Assembly (NCBI GenBank): GCA_963715195.1
Contig: CAVQRT010000030.1
Span: 1-64,000 of the forward strand
Origin: Thermodesulfovibrionales bacterium
GTDB lineage: Bacteria; Nitrospirota; Thermodesulfovibrionia; Thermodesulfovibrionales; SM23-35
Direction: 5' to 3'
Length of the DNA stretch: 64,000 nucleotides
Below, one piece after another: positions 19,113-30,878 of this stretch; position 1 is the first letter of the stretch; each line of letters starts with the position of its first letter. The notes beneath the pieces are model-generated. The model saw nothing but the letters and a program-made list of their open reading frames with translations. It was not told the DNA's origin and searched no databases. Position numbers and translations under genes: made by a program.

Positions 19113-20570
19113 GTGGACCTTTTCAGGCTGACCATTTCTGAGGCATTGTATCTCCTCAGGAAAAAAGAGATATCCGCTCCCGAAATCCTCAACGCAGTAT
19201 TCCAGAGAATTGACAATGTCGAAGACAGGGTCAGGGCCTATGTTACCCTGACAAGGGAGAAAGCATTTGAGATGGCTGAAAAGGCTCAGCAAGAGATCAA
19301 TGCAGGCATTCCGGGCAGGACACTCCCCGGTATTCCGCTGGCCATTAAGGACAACATGTGTACAAAGGGAATCTTAACAACATGTTCTTCCCGCATACTT
19401 TCGAATTTCGTTCCTCCCTATGAAAGTACGGTCACATCGAGGCTCACTGAACATGGATATGTCCTCACCGGCAAGACAAACATGGACGAATTTGCAATGG
19501 GCTCGTCAACAGAAAATTCAGGGTTCCACTTAACAAGGAATCCCTGGAATCTTGAGCGGATACCGGGTGGATCAAGTGGTGGTTCTGCCGCAGCAGTGGC
19601 CGCCGGTGAATGCCTTGCAGCCCTGGGTTCTGACACCGGAGGATCGATCAGGCAGCCCGCTGCATTCTGCGGAGTCGTGGGGATGAAGCCAACCTACGGA
19701 AGGGTCTCACGGTATGGACTCGTTGCCTTCGCTTCTTCGCTTGACCAGATAGGCACCCTCACAAAAGATGTTCGGGATGCTGCGATCCTGATGAATATCA
19801 TTGCCGGGCATGACCCCTGCGATGCAACCTCTGCACCATTGCCTGTCCCTGACTTCACCGGAGTTCTCAGTACTGATATCCAAGGAGTCAAACTCGGCAT
19901 TCCAAAGGAATATTTCGTTGCAGGCATGGACAAGGAAATCGAGTCCGCAGTGTATGCCGCCATTCAGCAGCTTGAAAGGCTCGGGGCAATCCCTGTTGAA
20001 GTTTCACTGCCTCATACGGAATATGCGATTGCGGCCTATTACATTCTTGCGACGTCCGAGGCTTCATCAAACCTTGCACGGTATGACGGGGTGAAGTACG
20101 GGATAAGGGCCGAAGGCCGGGACCTTATGGATATGTATCTGAAAAGCAGGGCACAGGGGTTCGGGTCCGAAGTCAAACGGAGAATCATGCTCGGCACCTA
20201 TGCCCTGTCGTCGGGTTATTACGAGGCATATTACAAGAAAGCTCAGCAGGTAAGGACTTTGATCAAGCAGGATTTTGAGGAAGTATTCAAAAAAGCGGAC
20301 CTTCTTATAACACCCACGACACCAACCGCAGCATTCAGGATCGGCGAAAAGACCGCTGACCCGCTCCAGATGTATCTGTCGGATATTTTCACGATTTCCG
20401 TCAACCTTGCAGGATTGCCTGCCATCTCTGTGCCCTGCGGGTTTACATCCGACAATCTGCCGATCGGGTTGCAATGCATCGGAAAGCATTTCGATGAGGA
20501 GACAATTCTCAGGATCGCCCATGCGTACGAACAGAGCACCGACTGGCACAGGAGGATGCCTGCGCTGTGA
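19113..20570 (+). CDS. gatA: Asp/Glu-tRNA amidotransferase subunit A
   Basis: [43 protein letters not shown]. Confidence 0.97.
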   Translation: MDLFRLTISEALYLLRKKEISAPEILNAVFQRIDNVEDRVRAYVTLTREKAFEMAEKAQQEINAGIPGRTLPGIPLAIKDNMCTKGILTTCSSRILSNFVPPYESTVTSRLTEHGYVLTGKTNMDEFAMGSSTENSGFHLTRNPWNLERIPGGSSGGSAAAVAAGECLAALGSDTGGSIRQPAAFCGVVGMKPTYGRVSRYGLVAFASSLDQIGTLTKDVRDAAILMNIIAGHDPCDATSAPLPVPDFTGVLSTDIQGVKLGIPKEYFVAGMDKEIESAVYAAIQQLERLGAIPVEVSLPHTEYAIAAYYILATSEASSNLARYDGVKYGIRAEGRDLMDMYLKSRAQGFGSEVKRRIMLGTYALSSGYYEAYYKKAQQVRTLIKQDFEEVFKKADLLITPTTPTAAFRIGEKTADPLQMYLSDIFTISVNLAGLPAISVPCGFTSDNLPIGLQCIGKHFDEETILRIAHAYEQSTDWHRRMPAL

Positions 20571-21997
20571 AATACGAAGCGGTCATCGGCCTTGAAGTGC
20601 ACGCTCAGATGCTCACGGACACAAAAATATTCTGCGGCTGTTCAACAAAATTCGGCTCAGAACCCAACACCCAGACATGCCCGGTGTGTATCGGCATGCC
20701 CGGTGTGCTTCCCGTCCTGAACAAGAAAGCCCTCAATCTTGTAATAAAGACCGGGCTTGCAACCCATTGCAGGATTTCCTCGTACAGCAGGTTCGCACGG
20801 AAGAACTATTTCTACCCGGACCTTCCAAAAGGCTATCAGATAAGCCAGTATGAACTCCCCATCTGCGAACACGGGCTTCTTGAAATCATCGTCGATGGAG
20901 CGGTGAAGAAAATCGGCATTACGAGAATCCACATGGAAGAGGATGCGGGCAAGAATATCCACGAAGGATCAGGGAATTACAGTTTTGTTGATCTGAACAG
21001 GGCTGGGGTTCCTCTTATGGAGATTGTTTCCGAACCGGACATCAGGAGCCCGCAGGAAGCAGTTGAATATATGAAAAAACTCAGGGCCATTCTCAGATAC
21101 CTTGGTGTTTGTGACGGGAACATGGAACAGGGTTCGCTCAGATGCGATGCAAACATATCTGTCCGGTTATCCGGCGGCAGAAAGAGTTGGGGACCAGAAC
21201 AGAGGTCAAGAATATCAACTCGTTCAGATTCGTCGAAAAGGCCCTCGAATATGAGATAAAACGCCAGATAAAAATCATTGACGGTGGAGGCAGGGTCGTC
21301 CAGGAGACGAGGCTCTGGGATCCGGACAGGGGTATAACGGAATCCATGCGCGGGAAGGAAGAAGCACACGACTACCGTTATTTCCCTGAACCTGACCTTG
21401 TGCCGATTGTTGTTGAACAATGAATGGATCAATGAAATCAAGGCATCACTTCCTGAACTTCCGGATATCAGAAGGCAACGGTTTGTTTCGGAATACGGTC
21501 TTCCTGCAGCCGATGCCGATCTGCTGGTTTCTGAAAAGCCATTGGCTGACTGGTATGAAGAGGCGGTGAAACTCGGCGGTCAGCCGAAGGCCGTTGCAAA
21601 CTGGGTTATGGGTGAATTGATGAAATTATTGAATGAAGATGATAAGACCTTCGAAGATTGCCCTCTCAAACCTGCACAGCTCGTTGACATGCTGAAACTC
21701 ATCGATAACGGGACCATAAGCGGCAAGATAGCAAAATCCGTTTTTGAGGAAATGTACAGAACTGAGGAAAGCCCGGAGAGCATTGTCAGGGAAAAGGGTC
21801 TTGTGCAAATCAGTGATTCGGGTGAGATCGAAAAGGCTGTTGACGACATTATCTCCAAACATCAAAAGGAGGCCGAACGGTATAAGGCCGGTGAGGAGAA
21901 GCTGATCGGATTTTTTGTCGGGCAGGTAATGAAAGCGACAAAAGGCAAGGCAAACCCGCAGATGGTAAACGAGTTACTGAAGAAAAAGCTTTCCTGA
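20567..21997 (+). pseudogene. gatB: Asp/Glu-tRNA amidotransferase subunit B, split by two compensating frameshifts (real or sequencing error)
   Basis: GLEVHAQ...[10 protein letters not shown] (frame A), then [12 protein letters not shown]...[10 protein letters not shown] (frame B), then EWINEIKASLPELP...KGKANP (frame A); shifts near 21172 and 21420. Confidence 0.85.
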
Positions 21998-22105
21998 TTT
22001 TCTTGATTTTCCAGCTTCTTTTTCATTCATGGTAAAATACGGAACGGATGTGATGCCTGCGGTAGAAACTGCAAGGCATCTGAAAATTGGACATGCAGTT
22101 TCATT

Positions 22106-22180
22106 GTCATTCCCGCTTGTCGGGAATCCTTCTGATTTGTTCAAAACCTTAAAGAGAGATTCCGGCCAAGCCGGAATGAC
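22106..22180. repeat. REP/dRS3-like palindromic element, copy 3
   Basis: GTCATTCCCGCTTGTCGGGAATCC...GATTCCGGCCAAGCCGGAATGAC. Confidence 0.8.
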
Positions 22181-22210
22181 AAACGAGAATATATGTATCC
22201 AATAAAGCAT

Positions 22211-22301
22211 GGAGAGATGTCCGAGAGGCCGAAGGAGCACGACTGGAAATCGTGTGTACGCTAATCCCGTACCGTGGGTTCAAATCCCACTCTCTCCGCC
22301 A
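22211..22301 (+). tRNA. tRNA-Ser(GGA)
   Basis: GGAGAGA acceptor stem, anticodon arm CACGA-CTGGAAA-TCGTG, long variable arm, GTTCAAATC, 3' GCCA. Confidence 0.95.
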
Positions 22302-22310
22302 TATATTGTC

Positions 22311-22432
<122 letters not shown>

Positions 22433-22455
22433 ACACTCTTTAGTCCATATTCCAT

Positions 22456-24132
22456 ATGAGTTACTTGGGTTTAGCAAGAAAATGGAGACCTCAGGGGTTT
22501 GATGACCTTATCGGCCAGGAACCAATAACCCGCGTCCTAATAAACTCTATCGATCAGGATAAGATCGCCCATGCCTATCTCTTTTCCGGTCCGCGGGGAG
22601 TCGGGAAAACCTCAACAGCGCGCATCCTCGCCAAAGCGTTGAACTGCCAATCCGGCCCGACTTCTTCTCCTTGCGGTTCGTGTCCGTTCTGTATCTCCAT
22701 AACCGAAGGCTCCTCGATCGATGTCATGGAAATTGACGGTGCATCAAATAACAGCGTTAATGACATCCGGGACCTGAGAGAAAGGGTCAAATACGTCCCG
22801 TCAGGGGGCAGATACAAGGTGTACATTATAGACGAAACACACATGCTGTCCGGTTCGGCGTTCAATGCGCTTCTCAAAACGCTTGAGGAACCGCCTTCTC
22901 ATGTTGTCTTTGTCCTTGCAACAACAGCGCCGAGAAAAATCCCCGCTACTGTCCTGTCCCGGTGCCAGCATCTCCCTTTCAGGAGAATACCAAGCCAGCT
23001 GATAAAAGACAGGCTGAAAAAAATATCCGCGGAGGAGGGCATTGGCATTTCGGGACCTGCGCTCGAGCTGATTGCACGGGCAGCGGACGGAAGCCTTCGC
23101 GATTCGCTGACCATACTCGATCAGCTCTCATCATTTTCATCGGAAATAACTGAAACCGACGTGAAAGACCTGCTCGGCATGACGGATTTCAGCCTCCTCT
23201 CCCAGCTTGCTGTATCGCTTCTTGAAGGCAGAAGGGAAGACATTTTGACAGTGACCGCAGAGCTCGCGGAGAAAGGCACCGACATACGATCTTTCGTCCG
23301 GGAGTTTATCCAGTTTTTCCGGGACCTGCTCGTGCTAAGTATTGTAAAGAAGCCTGCTGATATGCTCGATGTAGGTATGGAGGATCTCGAAACTATGCGG
23401 GATATCCTGCTAAAGACGACAGAGGACCATCTCACACTGCTTCTCGCAGAATTATTACAGGCAGAACTCGACGTGAGGAATGCCTCGTCCCCGCGTCTTG
23501 CATTTGAAATGTCCCTTTTAAAAGCAAGTTTTCTGCATGACCTGAAACCTCTCAGGGAAATAATGGAACATTTGGAGCAATACACCCAGCATATTCCGGA
23601 TTCCAGAGTTGCGGATGCCGGAAGAATACCTCCGAACAGCATGCATGATACAGCTAAGGAAATCAGTGCAGATCAATGCAGTTCCTCAGAAAAAATGCCA
23701 CCGAATCACAGGGGAGAAATTATTTCAAGCCCCGCAAGAGAGAGTCAGGAATCACCTGTACCTGTTGCAGAGGAACAGGTTTTGACGGAAGAGATCCGGG
23801 ACAGGGCGCTCAGCAAAATGGCCCCCCCGCTTCAATCGAAGCTCGCAGCAGCTGCCTTTCAGATTGACGGGGATAACCTTATGCTTACCCTGAACGGCGG
23901 GGACTCAGTTTTTGCTGATTCCATCAGAAAGAACAGGGAACTGATCGAGCAGATTTTTTCGGAAGAACTCGGGAATGCGGTCACGTTGGAAGTGATAATA
24001 GCAAAGAAGAAGGTTGTTCGCCGGAGAGATCTCAAAAAAGAGATCATGACTGATTCCACGATCCGGGAAGTTCTTGATCTCTTTGACGGAAGGATCGTGG
24101 ATGTAATGCCGATAAGGAAACCGGTTGAATAG
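22456..24132 (+). CDS. dnaX: DNA polymerase III subunit gamma/tau
   Basis: LARKWRPQ, GPRGVGKT, EIDGASN, FNALLKTLEEPP, SRCQ. Confidence 0.96.
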   Translation: MSYLGLARKWRPQGFDDLIGQEPITRVLINSIDQDKIAHAYLFSGPRGVGKTSTARILAKALNCQSGPTSSPCGSCPFCISITEGSSIDVMEIDGASNNSVNDIRDLRERVKYVPSGGRYKVYIIDETHMLSGSAFNALLKTLEEPPSHVVFVLATTAPRKIPATVLSRCQHLPFRRIPSQLIKDRLKKISAEEGIGISGPALELIARAADGSLRDSLTILDQLSSFSSEITETDVKDLLGMTDFSLLSQLAVSLLEGRREDILTVTAELAEKGTDIRSFVREFIQFFRDLLVLSIVKKPADMLDVGMEDLETMRDILLKTTEDHLTLLLAELLQAELDVRNASSPRLAFEMSLLKASFLHDLKPLREIMEHLEQYTQHIPDSRVADAGRIPPNSMHDTAKEISADQCSSSEKMPPNHRGEIISSPARESQESPVPVAEEQVLTEEIRDRALSKMAPPLQSKLAAAAFQIDGDNLMLTLNGGDSVFADSIRKNRELIEQIFSEELGNAVTLEVIIAKKKVVRRRDLKKEIMTDSTIREVLDLFDGRIVDVMPIRKPVE

Positions 24133-24161
24133 TCTGGAAATAACGTAGAACGGAGGATATG

Positions 24162-24497
24162 ATGTCAAAAAAGATGCTCGGAGATATCATGCGTGAGGCA
24201 CAGAAGCTTCAGACCAAAATGGCCGAGATGCAGGAAGAGGCCAAAAAGAAGACCGTGGAAGCGACCGCAGGCGGCGGGATGGTGACCGTTGTTGCGAGCG
24301 GCGCCGGAGAAATCATCTCAATAAAGATTGAAAAGGAAGTGGTGAACCCGGACGATGTTGATATGCTCCAGGATCTTATCATGGCGGCTGCCAATGAGGC
24401 TCTTCGCCGCGCCCAGGAAATGGTGAACAGCGAGATGTCCAAACTCACAGGGGGGCTCCAGTTGCCCGGCCTCGGCAATCTCGGAAAATTGTTCTGA
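24162..24497 (+). CDS. ybaB: YbaB/EbfC nucleoid-associated protein
   Basis: [32 protein letters not shown]; follows dnaX. Confidence 0.93.
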   Translation: MSKKMLGDIMREAQKLQTKMAEMQEEAKKKTVEATAGGGMVTVVASGAGEIISIKIEKEVVNPDDVDMLQDLIMAAANEALRRAQEMVNSEMSKLTGGLQLPGLGNLGKLF

Positions 24498-24514
24498 TTG
24501 TCTCATGGCATGTT

Positions 24515-24820
24515 ATGGAACCATTTATTTCATATACTACCGAAGAGGAGATAAAAAAGGAAAAAATAAAAGCCCAGCGGCTCAGGAAATCCCAGTGGTG
24601 GAAGAGGAAATGCGCCGGGGGCGTCTGCTACTTCTGCGGCAGTAAATTACATCCCAAAGACCTCACCATGGAGCACGTCATCCCCCTTATCCGGGGCGGC
24701 AAATCCTCCAAAGGAAATGTCGTTCCTGCGTGCAAGGAATGTAACACCAGGAAGAAATATCACCTGCCCATCGAGTGGGAAGAGTACAGAAAAAGCCTGA
24801 CAAAAGATACCTGGAGTTGA
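24515..24820 (+). CDS. Small HNH endonuclease-family protein
   Basis: CYFC...LTMEHVIPLIRGG...NVVPACKECN. Confidence 0.85.
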   Translation: MEPFISYTTEEEIKKEKIKAQRLRKSQWWKRKCAGGVCYFCGSKLHPKDLTMEHVIPLIRGGKSSKGNVVPACKECNTRKKYHLPIEWEEYRKSLTKDTWS

Positions 24821-24824
24821 ATAC

Positions 24825-26231
24825 GTGCCGGTTCCAGCCATTCTCACCAAGGTAATATTAATAATGACGAGGCATGCGATGCTTGCCCGTGGAGAGAAAG
24901 TCCTTATCGGTCTCTCGGGAGGTCCTGATTCCGTATGTCTCCTGCACATTCTGACGATGCTCAGGGAGAAATATGATCTCGGCCTGCAAGCCCTCTACAT
25001 TGACCACGGACTGAGACCGGGAGAAACCGGCGGAGAGATAGCTTTCTGCACCAACCTCTGCGAACAGCAGGGAATTCCGTTTCTGATGAAATCAATTGAT
25101 GTGAAAACTCACGTAAAAACCGGAAAACTCAATCTGCAGGAAGCGGCACGTCAGTTGCGATACCGGACCTATGAAGAAACCTCCTATGAAATAGCTTCAC
25201 AGAAAATCGCCCTGGGACATACAGCCGACGACCAGGCGGAAACCCTCCTCATGCATCTCTTCAGAGGATCCGGGCCAGGCGGTCTTGCGGGAATTCCTCC
25301 GGTGAGAAAAAATATCATTCGGCCCCTGATAGAGATCGAACGCAAAGAAATCGAAGGCTTTCTTTACTCTGCAGGGATTGATTTCATAACCGATTCCTCC
25401 AATACAAAGAAGGATTATGCGCGGAACAGGGTGCGCCTTTCCCTCATGCCCATGCTCAGGTCATTCAATCCCGACATTACGGGAACCCTCTCAAAAACTG
25501 CTGCGATATTCCGGGAAGAGGAGAGGTATTTCGAAATTCTCGTCACAAAGACCCTTATGAAGCTCATCAGCAGAAAGACAGAAACACGCATAGAGCTGTT
25601 TCTTGCCCCCTTTGAAATTATGGATAAAGTCATCATGAGGAGAGTGCTTCGGAGAGCTATTGATGAAACGAGAGGGCTCCGGGGAATTTCGTTCATTCAC
25701 ATCGAGGATATGATACATCTTGTCAGGAGTGGCGCCCCGGGCGATAGACTTTACTTGCCCGGAGGGATACGGGTCATCAAAGAATATTCGATAATGATTA
25801 TCACCTCAGAGGTTCCTCTGACACTGAGTCCCGCTGCACTGAATATCCCGGGGGAGACTATCCTGAAGGAGGCCGGGGTTCTGATCAGGGCCTCGGAGGC
25901 GGAAATCCAGCGACCGCAGGCCGGGGAGGATACGCATGGACTCTGGAAATACCTCGGCATCTTCGATGCAGATACCTTACAGTTCTCCCCCACGGCGAGA
26001 CCAAGAAAAGATGGCGATTTTTTCTATCCCCTCGGCTTCGGCAAACGGAAAAAACTCCAGGACTTCTTTGTCGACGAGAAAGTGCCGAGAGATGAACGGA
26101 ACAGAATCCCCCTAATCGTGTCAGGAGATGATATCGTCTGGGTCATCGGATACAGGGCTGATGACAGATTCAAGGTTACAGAAAAGACAAAGAGAGTTTT
26201 GAAATTAGAGGTTAAAAAACTGAGAGACTAA
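24825..26231 (+). CDS. tilS: tRNA(Ile)-lysidine synthetase
   Basis: SGGPDS PP-loop, DHGLR, GHTADDQAET, RNRVR, C-terminal KKLQDFFVDEKVPR. Confidence 0.95.
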   Translation: MPVPAILTKVILIMTRHAMLARGEKVLIGLSGGPDSVCLLHILTMLREKYDLGLQALYIDHGLRPGETGGEIAFCTNLCEQQGIPFLMKSIDVKTHVKTGKLNLQEAARQLRYRTYEETSYEIASQKIALGHTADDQAETLLMHLFRGSGPGGLAGIPPVRKNIIRPLIEIERKEIEGFLYSAGIDFITDSSNTKKDYARNRVRLSLMPMLRSFNPDITGTLSKTAAIFREEERYFEILVTKTLMKLISRKTETRIELFLAPFEIMDKVIMRRVLRRAIDETRGLRGISFIHIEDMIHLVRSGAPGDRLYLPGGIRVIKEYSIMIITSEVPLTLSPAALNIPGETILKEAGVLIRASEAEIQRPQAGEDTHGLWKYLGIFDADTLQFSPTARPRKDGDFFYPLGFGKRKKLQDFFVDEKVPRDERNRIPLIVSGDDIVWVIGYRADDRFKVTEKTKRVLKLEVKKLRD

Positions 26232-26320
26232 CAAATTTTTGAGCAGACGGGATATGATATTTACGCGGATTTTTTTGCCGATATTCGATTATTCATTATA
26301 GGGAATAAAGAGGCAAAAGC

Positions 26321-26367
26321 CTCGGAGGTGCCCCGATCTCGAATGCTTTCGGGAACGGGGCACCGAG
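26321..26367. promoter_or_regulatory. Strong GC-rich hairpin in the gltX leader
   Basis: GGTGCCCCGATCTCGAA-TGCT-TTCGGGAACGGGGCACC. Confidence 0.5.
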
Positions 26368-26414
26368 AATGAGCGCTAATATCGTATCCTGTCTGTTTTC
26401 TATGGAGGTACTCT

Positions 26415-27833
26415 TTGGCAGATACAGTGAGAGTCAGGTTTGCGCCGAGTCCGACCGGGCACCTGCACATCGGTGGTGCACGGACAGCCCTCTTCAACTA
26501 TCTTTTTGCACGGCATAACAGCGGCTCATTTATCCTGCGGATCGAAGACACCGACAGGACGCGTTCGACAGAAGAATATATCGACTCCATTCTCAAGGGA
26601 ATGCGGTGGCTCAACCTTAACTGGGATGAAGGCCCTTTCAGACAGACAGACCGCTTTGCAGTTTACCAGCAGTATGCGCAGAGACTCCTTGAAGAGGGGA
26701 AAGCCTATTACTGCTACTGTTCACCGGAAGAACTCGAGCTGCGGAGAAAGGAAGCACTCGCTCAGGGGAAATCCTTTCGGTACGACAGACGTTGCCGGAA
26801 TCTCGACGGCCCTCCCCCTGACAGAAAACCTGCGATACGGTTCATGATGCCCCGGGAAGGCAAGATCACTGTCAATGATCTCATCCGTGGCGAGGTCTTC
26901 TTTGATAACGAGCAACTTGACGACCTCATCATTCTGCGGTCTGACGGAACCCCAACCTATAACTTTACTGTTGTCGTCGATGACGTAGACATGAACATCA
27001 CCCATGTCATACGGGGAGATGATCACCTGAACAATACACCAAAACAGATTCATATCTATCAGTCCCTCGGGTATCAGGTGCCGTTCTTCGCGCACCTTCC
27101 GATGATACTGGGGTCTGATAAGACAAGGCTCAGCAAACGGCATGGGGCCACATCAGTCATCGCATATCGCGATACGGGGTATCTCCCCGAAGCGCTTGTC
27201 AATTATCTTGTCCGGCTCGGCTGGTCTTACGGAGATCAGGAAGTCTTTACAATCGGTGAATTGATACAGTACTTCTCCTTTGAGCACGTCGGCAAGTCAG
27301 CAGCTGTCTTTAATCCTGAAAAACTCCTTTGGCTCAACAGCCAATATATCATGAAATCAACGCCTGGAAATCTTGCGGAACTCGTGACGCCGTTTCTCGT
27401 AAAAGAGGGCACCATCAAAGAAGGACAGTCAGTAGACATGCTATGGCTTTCGAAAGCCGCAACCTCATTGCAGGAACGGTCGAAGACACTCGTCGAACTT
27501 GCCCAGTCTCTCACATACTACATCGCTGATGAGATAGAGTATAATGTCAAGGCAAAGGAGAAATTTTTAAACGATAAATATTTCTCATATCTGATTGATG
27601 TGAAAGAATTACTTGGAACACTGGAAGTCTTTGATGCAGCCGGGATTGAAAAAGTCTTTACCGCGATCAGTCAGAATCACAATACGAAACTCGGGAATAT
27701 TGCTCAGCCTGTGAGGGTAGCGGTAACAGGCAGGACCGAAAGCCCCGGCATTTTCGAAGTGCTCCAAATTCTGGGCAAGGAAAAAACGTTGAATAGGCTC
27801 GCACGGGCAATACACATAATCGAGATGAAATGA
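26415..27833 (+). CDS. gltX: Glutamate-tRNA ligase
   Basis: [38 protein letters not shown] before the TTG start. Confidence 0.97.
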   Translation: MADTVRVRFAPSPTGHLHIGGARTALFNYLFARHNSGSFILRIEDTDRTRSTEEYIDSILKGMRWLNLNWDEGPFRQTDRFAVYQQYAQRLLEEGKAYYCYCSPEELELRRKEALAQGKSFRYDRRCRNLDGPPPDRKPAIRFMMPREGKITVNDLIRGEVFFDNEQLDDLIILRSDGTPTYNFTVVVDDVDMNITHVIRGDDHLNNTPKQIHIYQSLGYQVPFFAHLPMILGSDKTRLSKRHGATSVIAYRDTGYLPEALVNYLVRLGWSYGDQEVFTIGELIQYFSFEHVGKSAAVFNPEKLLWLNSQYIMKSTPGNLAELVTPFLVKEGTIKEGQSVDMLWLSKAATSLQERSKTLVELAQSLTYYIADEIEYNVKAKEKFLNDKYFSYLIDVKELLGTLEVFDAAGIEKVFTAISQNHNTKLGNIAQPVRVAVTGRTESPGIFEVLQILGKEKTLNRLARAIHIIEMK

Positions 27834-29569
27834 TGAATAAAGAAGCAGACATCAGCAACAGAGAATCTCAGGATACACAACAGTCTGCTGTTTCCCAGTC
27901 ATACGATTTCATCAGGGCTATTGTCAAAGAAGACACCGAAGGAGGGAAATTCGGAGGCCGGGTATATACCCGTTTCCCTCCGGAACCAAACGGATACCTG
28001 CATATCGGGCATGCGAAATCGATCTGCCTGAATTTCGGCATCGCGTCTGAATTCAATGGACAGTGCAATCTGAGGTTTGACGATACCAACCCAACCAAAG
28101 AGGAAATGGAATATGTCGAGTCCATTAAAGAAGACGTGCGATGGTTGGGGTTTGACTGGCATGACAGGGGATACTATGCGTCGGATTATTTTGAGCAGCT
28201 CTATCAGTATGCCGTCGAATTGATCAAACGAAGCAAGGCATATGTATGCGACCTGACCGCTCAGGAAATAAGGGCCTACCGGGGCACACTCACCGAACAA
28301 GGCAGGGAAAGTCCTTACAGGAATCGTCCGGTTGAGGAAAATCTTGAGCTCTTTGAGCGGATGCGGAATGGTGAATTCCCGGATGGAAGCCACACCCTGC
28401 GTGCAAAAATCGATATGAAATCCGGGAATATCAACATGCGCGATCCGGTCATCTACAGGATCCTCCATGCTTCACATCACAGAACGGGGGACGCATGGTG
28501 TATCTATCCGATGTATGACTTTGCCCATTGCTTTTCAGATTCCATCGAAAAGATTACCCATTCCATCTGCACCCTTGAATTTGAGGACCATCGCCCGCTC
28601 TATGACTGGTTTCTTGACCAGCTCGGAGTTTACCATCCACAGCAGATTGAATTTGCCCGTCTGAATCTGAGTTATGCGGTTCTCAGCAAGAGAAAGCTCA
28701 TCAAACTTGTCGAGGATGCCCTGGTCTCGGGGTGGGACGATCCCCGCATGCCAACGATATCGGGGTTGCGCAGGCGTGGATATACCCCGGAAGCTGTCAG
28801 AACTTTCTGCGACCGCATCGGTGTCGCAAAAAGGGACAGCACGGTTGACATGGCGCTACTTGAATACTGCATCCGTGAGGACCTGAATAAACGGGCTCCC
28901 CGTGTTATGGCTGTGCTGAATCCGCTCAGAGTGGTTATAGAGAATTACCCGGAAGACATCATAGAGGAACTCGAGGCGGTCAATAATCCCGAAGACCCGG
29001 CAATGGGTACACGGAAGGTGCCGTTCTCACGTGTCATCTATATTGAACATGAGGATTTCCTCGAAAACCCGCCGAAACAGTTCTACCGGCTTGCACCAGG
29101 CCGTGAGGTAAGATTGCGGTATGCTTATTTCATTACCTGCACCGGTGTCATCAAGAATGAAAAAACTGGTGAAGTGCTTGCATTGCGTTGCACGTATGAT
29201 CCGGCAACACGGGGTGGAGACGCTCCCGACGGGCGCAAAGTCAAATCAACCCTTCACTGGGTCTCTGCCGTTCACGCTTCAGAAGCAGAGGTGCGTCTCT
29301 ACGATCATCTTTTTACGAAGGCCGACCCCAATGAAGCCCCGGAGGGACAGGATTTTACATCAAACATCAATCCAGACTCGCTCCGCATCCTGAAAGACTG
29401 CCGTGTCGAGCAAAGTTTGATCGACGCTCCTGTCGGGGGTTTCTATCAATTTGAACGGCAGGGGTATTTCTGTCTTGATCCTGACTCATCTCATGGGAAA
29501 TTGGTATTCAACCGGATCGCGACACTGCGTGATACGTGGGCAAAGATACAGAAAAAGGGGAAATCATGA
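27830..29569 (+). CDS. glnS: Glutamine-tRNA ligase
   Basis: [46 protein letters not shown]. Confidence 0.96.
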   Translation: MMNKEADISNRESQDTQQSAVSQSYDFIRAIVKEDTEGGKFGGRVYTRFPPEPNGYLHIGHAKSICLNFGIASEFNGQCNLRFDDTNPTKEEMEYVESIKEDVRWLGFDWHDRGYYASDYFEQLYQYAVELIKRSKAYVCDLTAQEIRAYRGTLTEQGRESPYRNRPVEENLELFERMRNGEFPDGSHTLRAKIDMKSGNINMRDPVIYRILHASHHRTGDAWCIYPMYDFAHCFSDSIEKITHSICTLEFEDHRPLYDWFLDQLGVYHPQQIEFARLNLSYAVLSKRKLIKLVEDALVSGWDDPRMPTISGLRRRGYTPEAVRTFCDRIGVAKRDSTVDMALLEYCIREDLNKRAPRVMAVLNPLRVVIENYPEDIIEELEAVNNPEDPAMGTRKVPFSRVIYIEHEDFLENPPKQFYRLAPGREVRLRYAYFITCTGVIKNEKTGEVLALRCTYDPATRGGDAPDGRKVKSTLHWVSAVHASEAEVRLYDHLFTKADPNEAPEGQDFTSNINPDSLRILKDCRVEQSLIDAPVGGFYQFERQGYFCLDPDSSHGKLVFNRIATLRDTWAKIQKKGKS

Positions 29570-30561
29570 GCTATATCACGGTAATAGGCGCAGGGAGCTG
29601 GGGAACAACACTCGCCCATCTCCTTTCAGGCAAAGGCTTTGACATTGCACTCTGGGTTTACGAAAAAGACTTGTCCGAAGAGATACGACAGACAAGAATC
29701 AACAGCGTTTATCTGCCCGGCATCGAATTACCATATAACATCCGTGTTACCGGCAGTTTGGAGGAAGCCCTGCAAAAAGCACGATACATCGTAAATGCCG
29801 TTCCGGCACAATACACACGGTCAATTTTCAGAGAGGTTCTTCCTCACATCACAGATGAAGCTATCGTCGTCAGTATCGCAAAGGGAATTGAACGCGGGAC
29901 ACTCCTGACCGTTTCATCAATCCTGAAAGAACTCTTTTCCAACCCTGTTGCGGTGCTCTCCGGTCCGAGCTTTGCAAAAGAGGTGATCAAAAAACTACCG
30001 ACTGCTGTTACGCTCGCGACAGAAAATACCCAAACCGGCGTCCTCCTGCAGGAGATATTCAACGTGAATCATTTCAGGGTCTATACACACGACGATCTGC
30101 TCGGCGTCGAATTGGGAGGTGCCCTGAAAAATGTAATGGCCATAGCATCCGGAATCGCCGACAGCCTTGGGTTAGGGAACAATGCAAGGGCGTCCCTCAT
30201 AACAAGAGGGCTTGTTGAAATGACGAGACTGGGAGTTGCTATGGGAGCAAAAGAGAGGACCTTTTCGGGTCTGAGCGGAATCGGCGATCTCGTCCTCACG
30301 TGCTCAAGTTCCCTGTCAAGGAATTATACAGTTGGAGCCAAACTCGGGCAGGGGATGAAGCTGAAAGACATCCTGACCCAAATGCGGAGTGTTGCCGAAG
30401 GTGTTGCAACTGCCGAGTCTGCATATGCCCTCTCTCAGAAATATCGCATTGAGATGCCGATTATCGAGCAGGTCTACAAGGTTCTGAATGAGGACAAAGA
30501 TCCGGCCCTTGCCGTGAAAGATCTGATGGAGCGCTCCTTGAAATCAGAATTCTATGGATAA
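29566..30561 (+). CDS. gpsA: NAD(P)H-dependent glycerol-3-phosphate dehydrogenase
   Basis: [34 protein letters not shown] overlap with the glnS stop. Confidence 0.95.
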   Translation: MSYITVIGAGSWGTTLAHLLSGKGFDIALWVYEKDLSEEIRQTRINSVYLPGIELPYNIRVTGSLEEALQKARYIVNAVPAQYTRSIFREVLPHITDEAIVVSIAKGIERGTLLTVSSILKELFSNPVAVLSGPSFAKEVIKKLPTAVTLATENTQTGVLLQEIFNVNHFRVYTHDDLLGVELGGALKNVMAIASGIADSLGLGNNARASLITRGLVEMTRLGVAMGAKERTFSGLSGIGDLVLTCSSSLSRNYTVGAKLGQGMKLKDILTQMRSVAEGVATAESAYALSQKYRIEMPIIEQVYKVLNEDKDPALAVKDLMERSLKSEFYG

Positions 30562-30650
30562 CCTATACAACAAATTCTAATTTCAAAATTCTAAATACGA
30601 AACAATCATATGGAATCTGTCCATACATGCAATCTTTATATTTACAATTT

Positions 30651-30738
30651 GTCATTCCGGCTTGGCCGGAATCTTTCCGATCGCCATTTCAGAGGGATTC
30701 CCGACGCTCCCGAACGGGTTCGGGATTGCAGGAATGAC
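30651..30738. repeat. REP/dRS3-like palindromic element, copy 4, nested in AT-rich inverted repeats
   Basis: GTCATTCCGGCTTGGCCGGAATC...GATTCCCGAC...GCAGGAATGAC; flanking IRs at ~30571-30605 and ~30791-30816. Confidence 0.78.
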
Positions 30739-30878
30739 AGACATCTGAGCTTATTGAGTGGTCTGCGGATAGGCAACAGAAAAAATTATGAGAATTTGAA
30801 TTAAGAATTTGTTTCGAATGTAGATACCCACGGGTAACCCCGTGGAACTCTGATACGGTGTTAGAATTTTACACAGTG

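Noticed and set aside
21421..21423. TGA in gatB as selenocysteine or readthrough
   Set aside because: GatB homology continues in a different frame, so this is an indel and not recoding
23685..23700. A-run in the dnaX linker as a programmed -1 frameshift site
   Set aside because: The sequence is GAAAAAATG, not A_AAA_AAG, and no clear downstream stimulatory hairpin was seen
26240..26414. T-box riboswitch upstream of gltX
   Set aside because: No T-box consensus and the leader is too short
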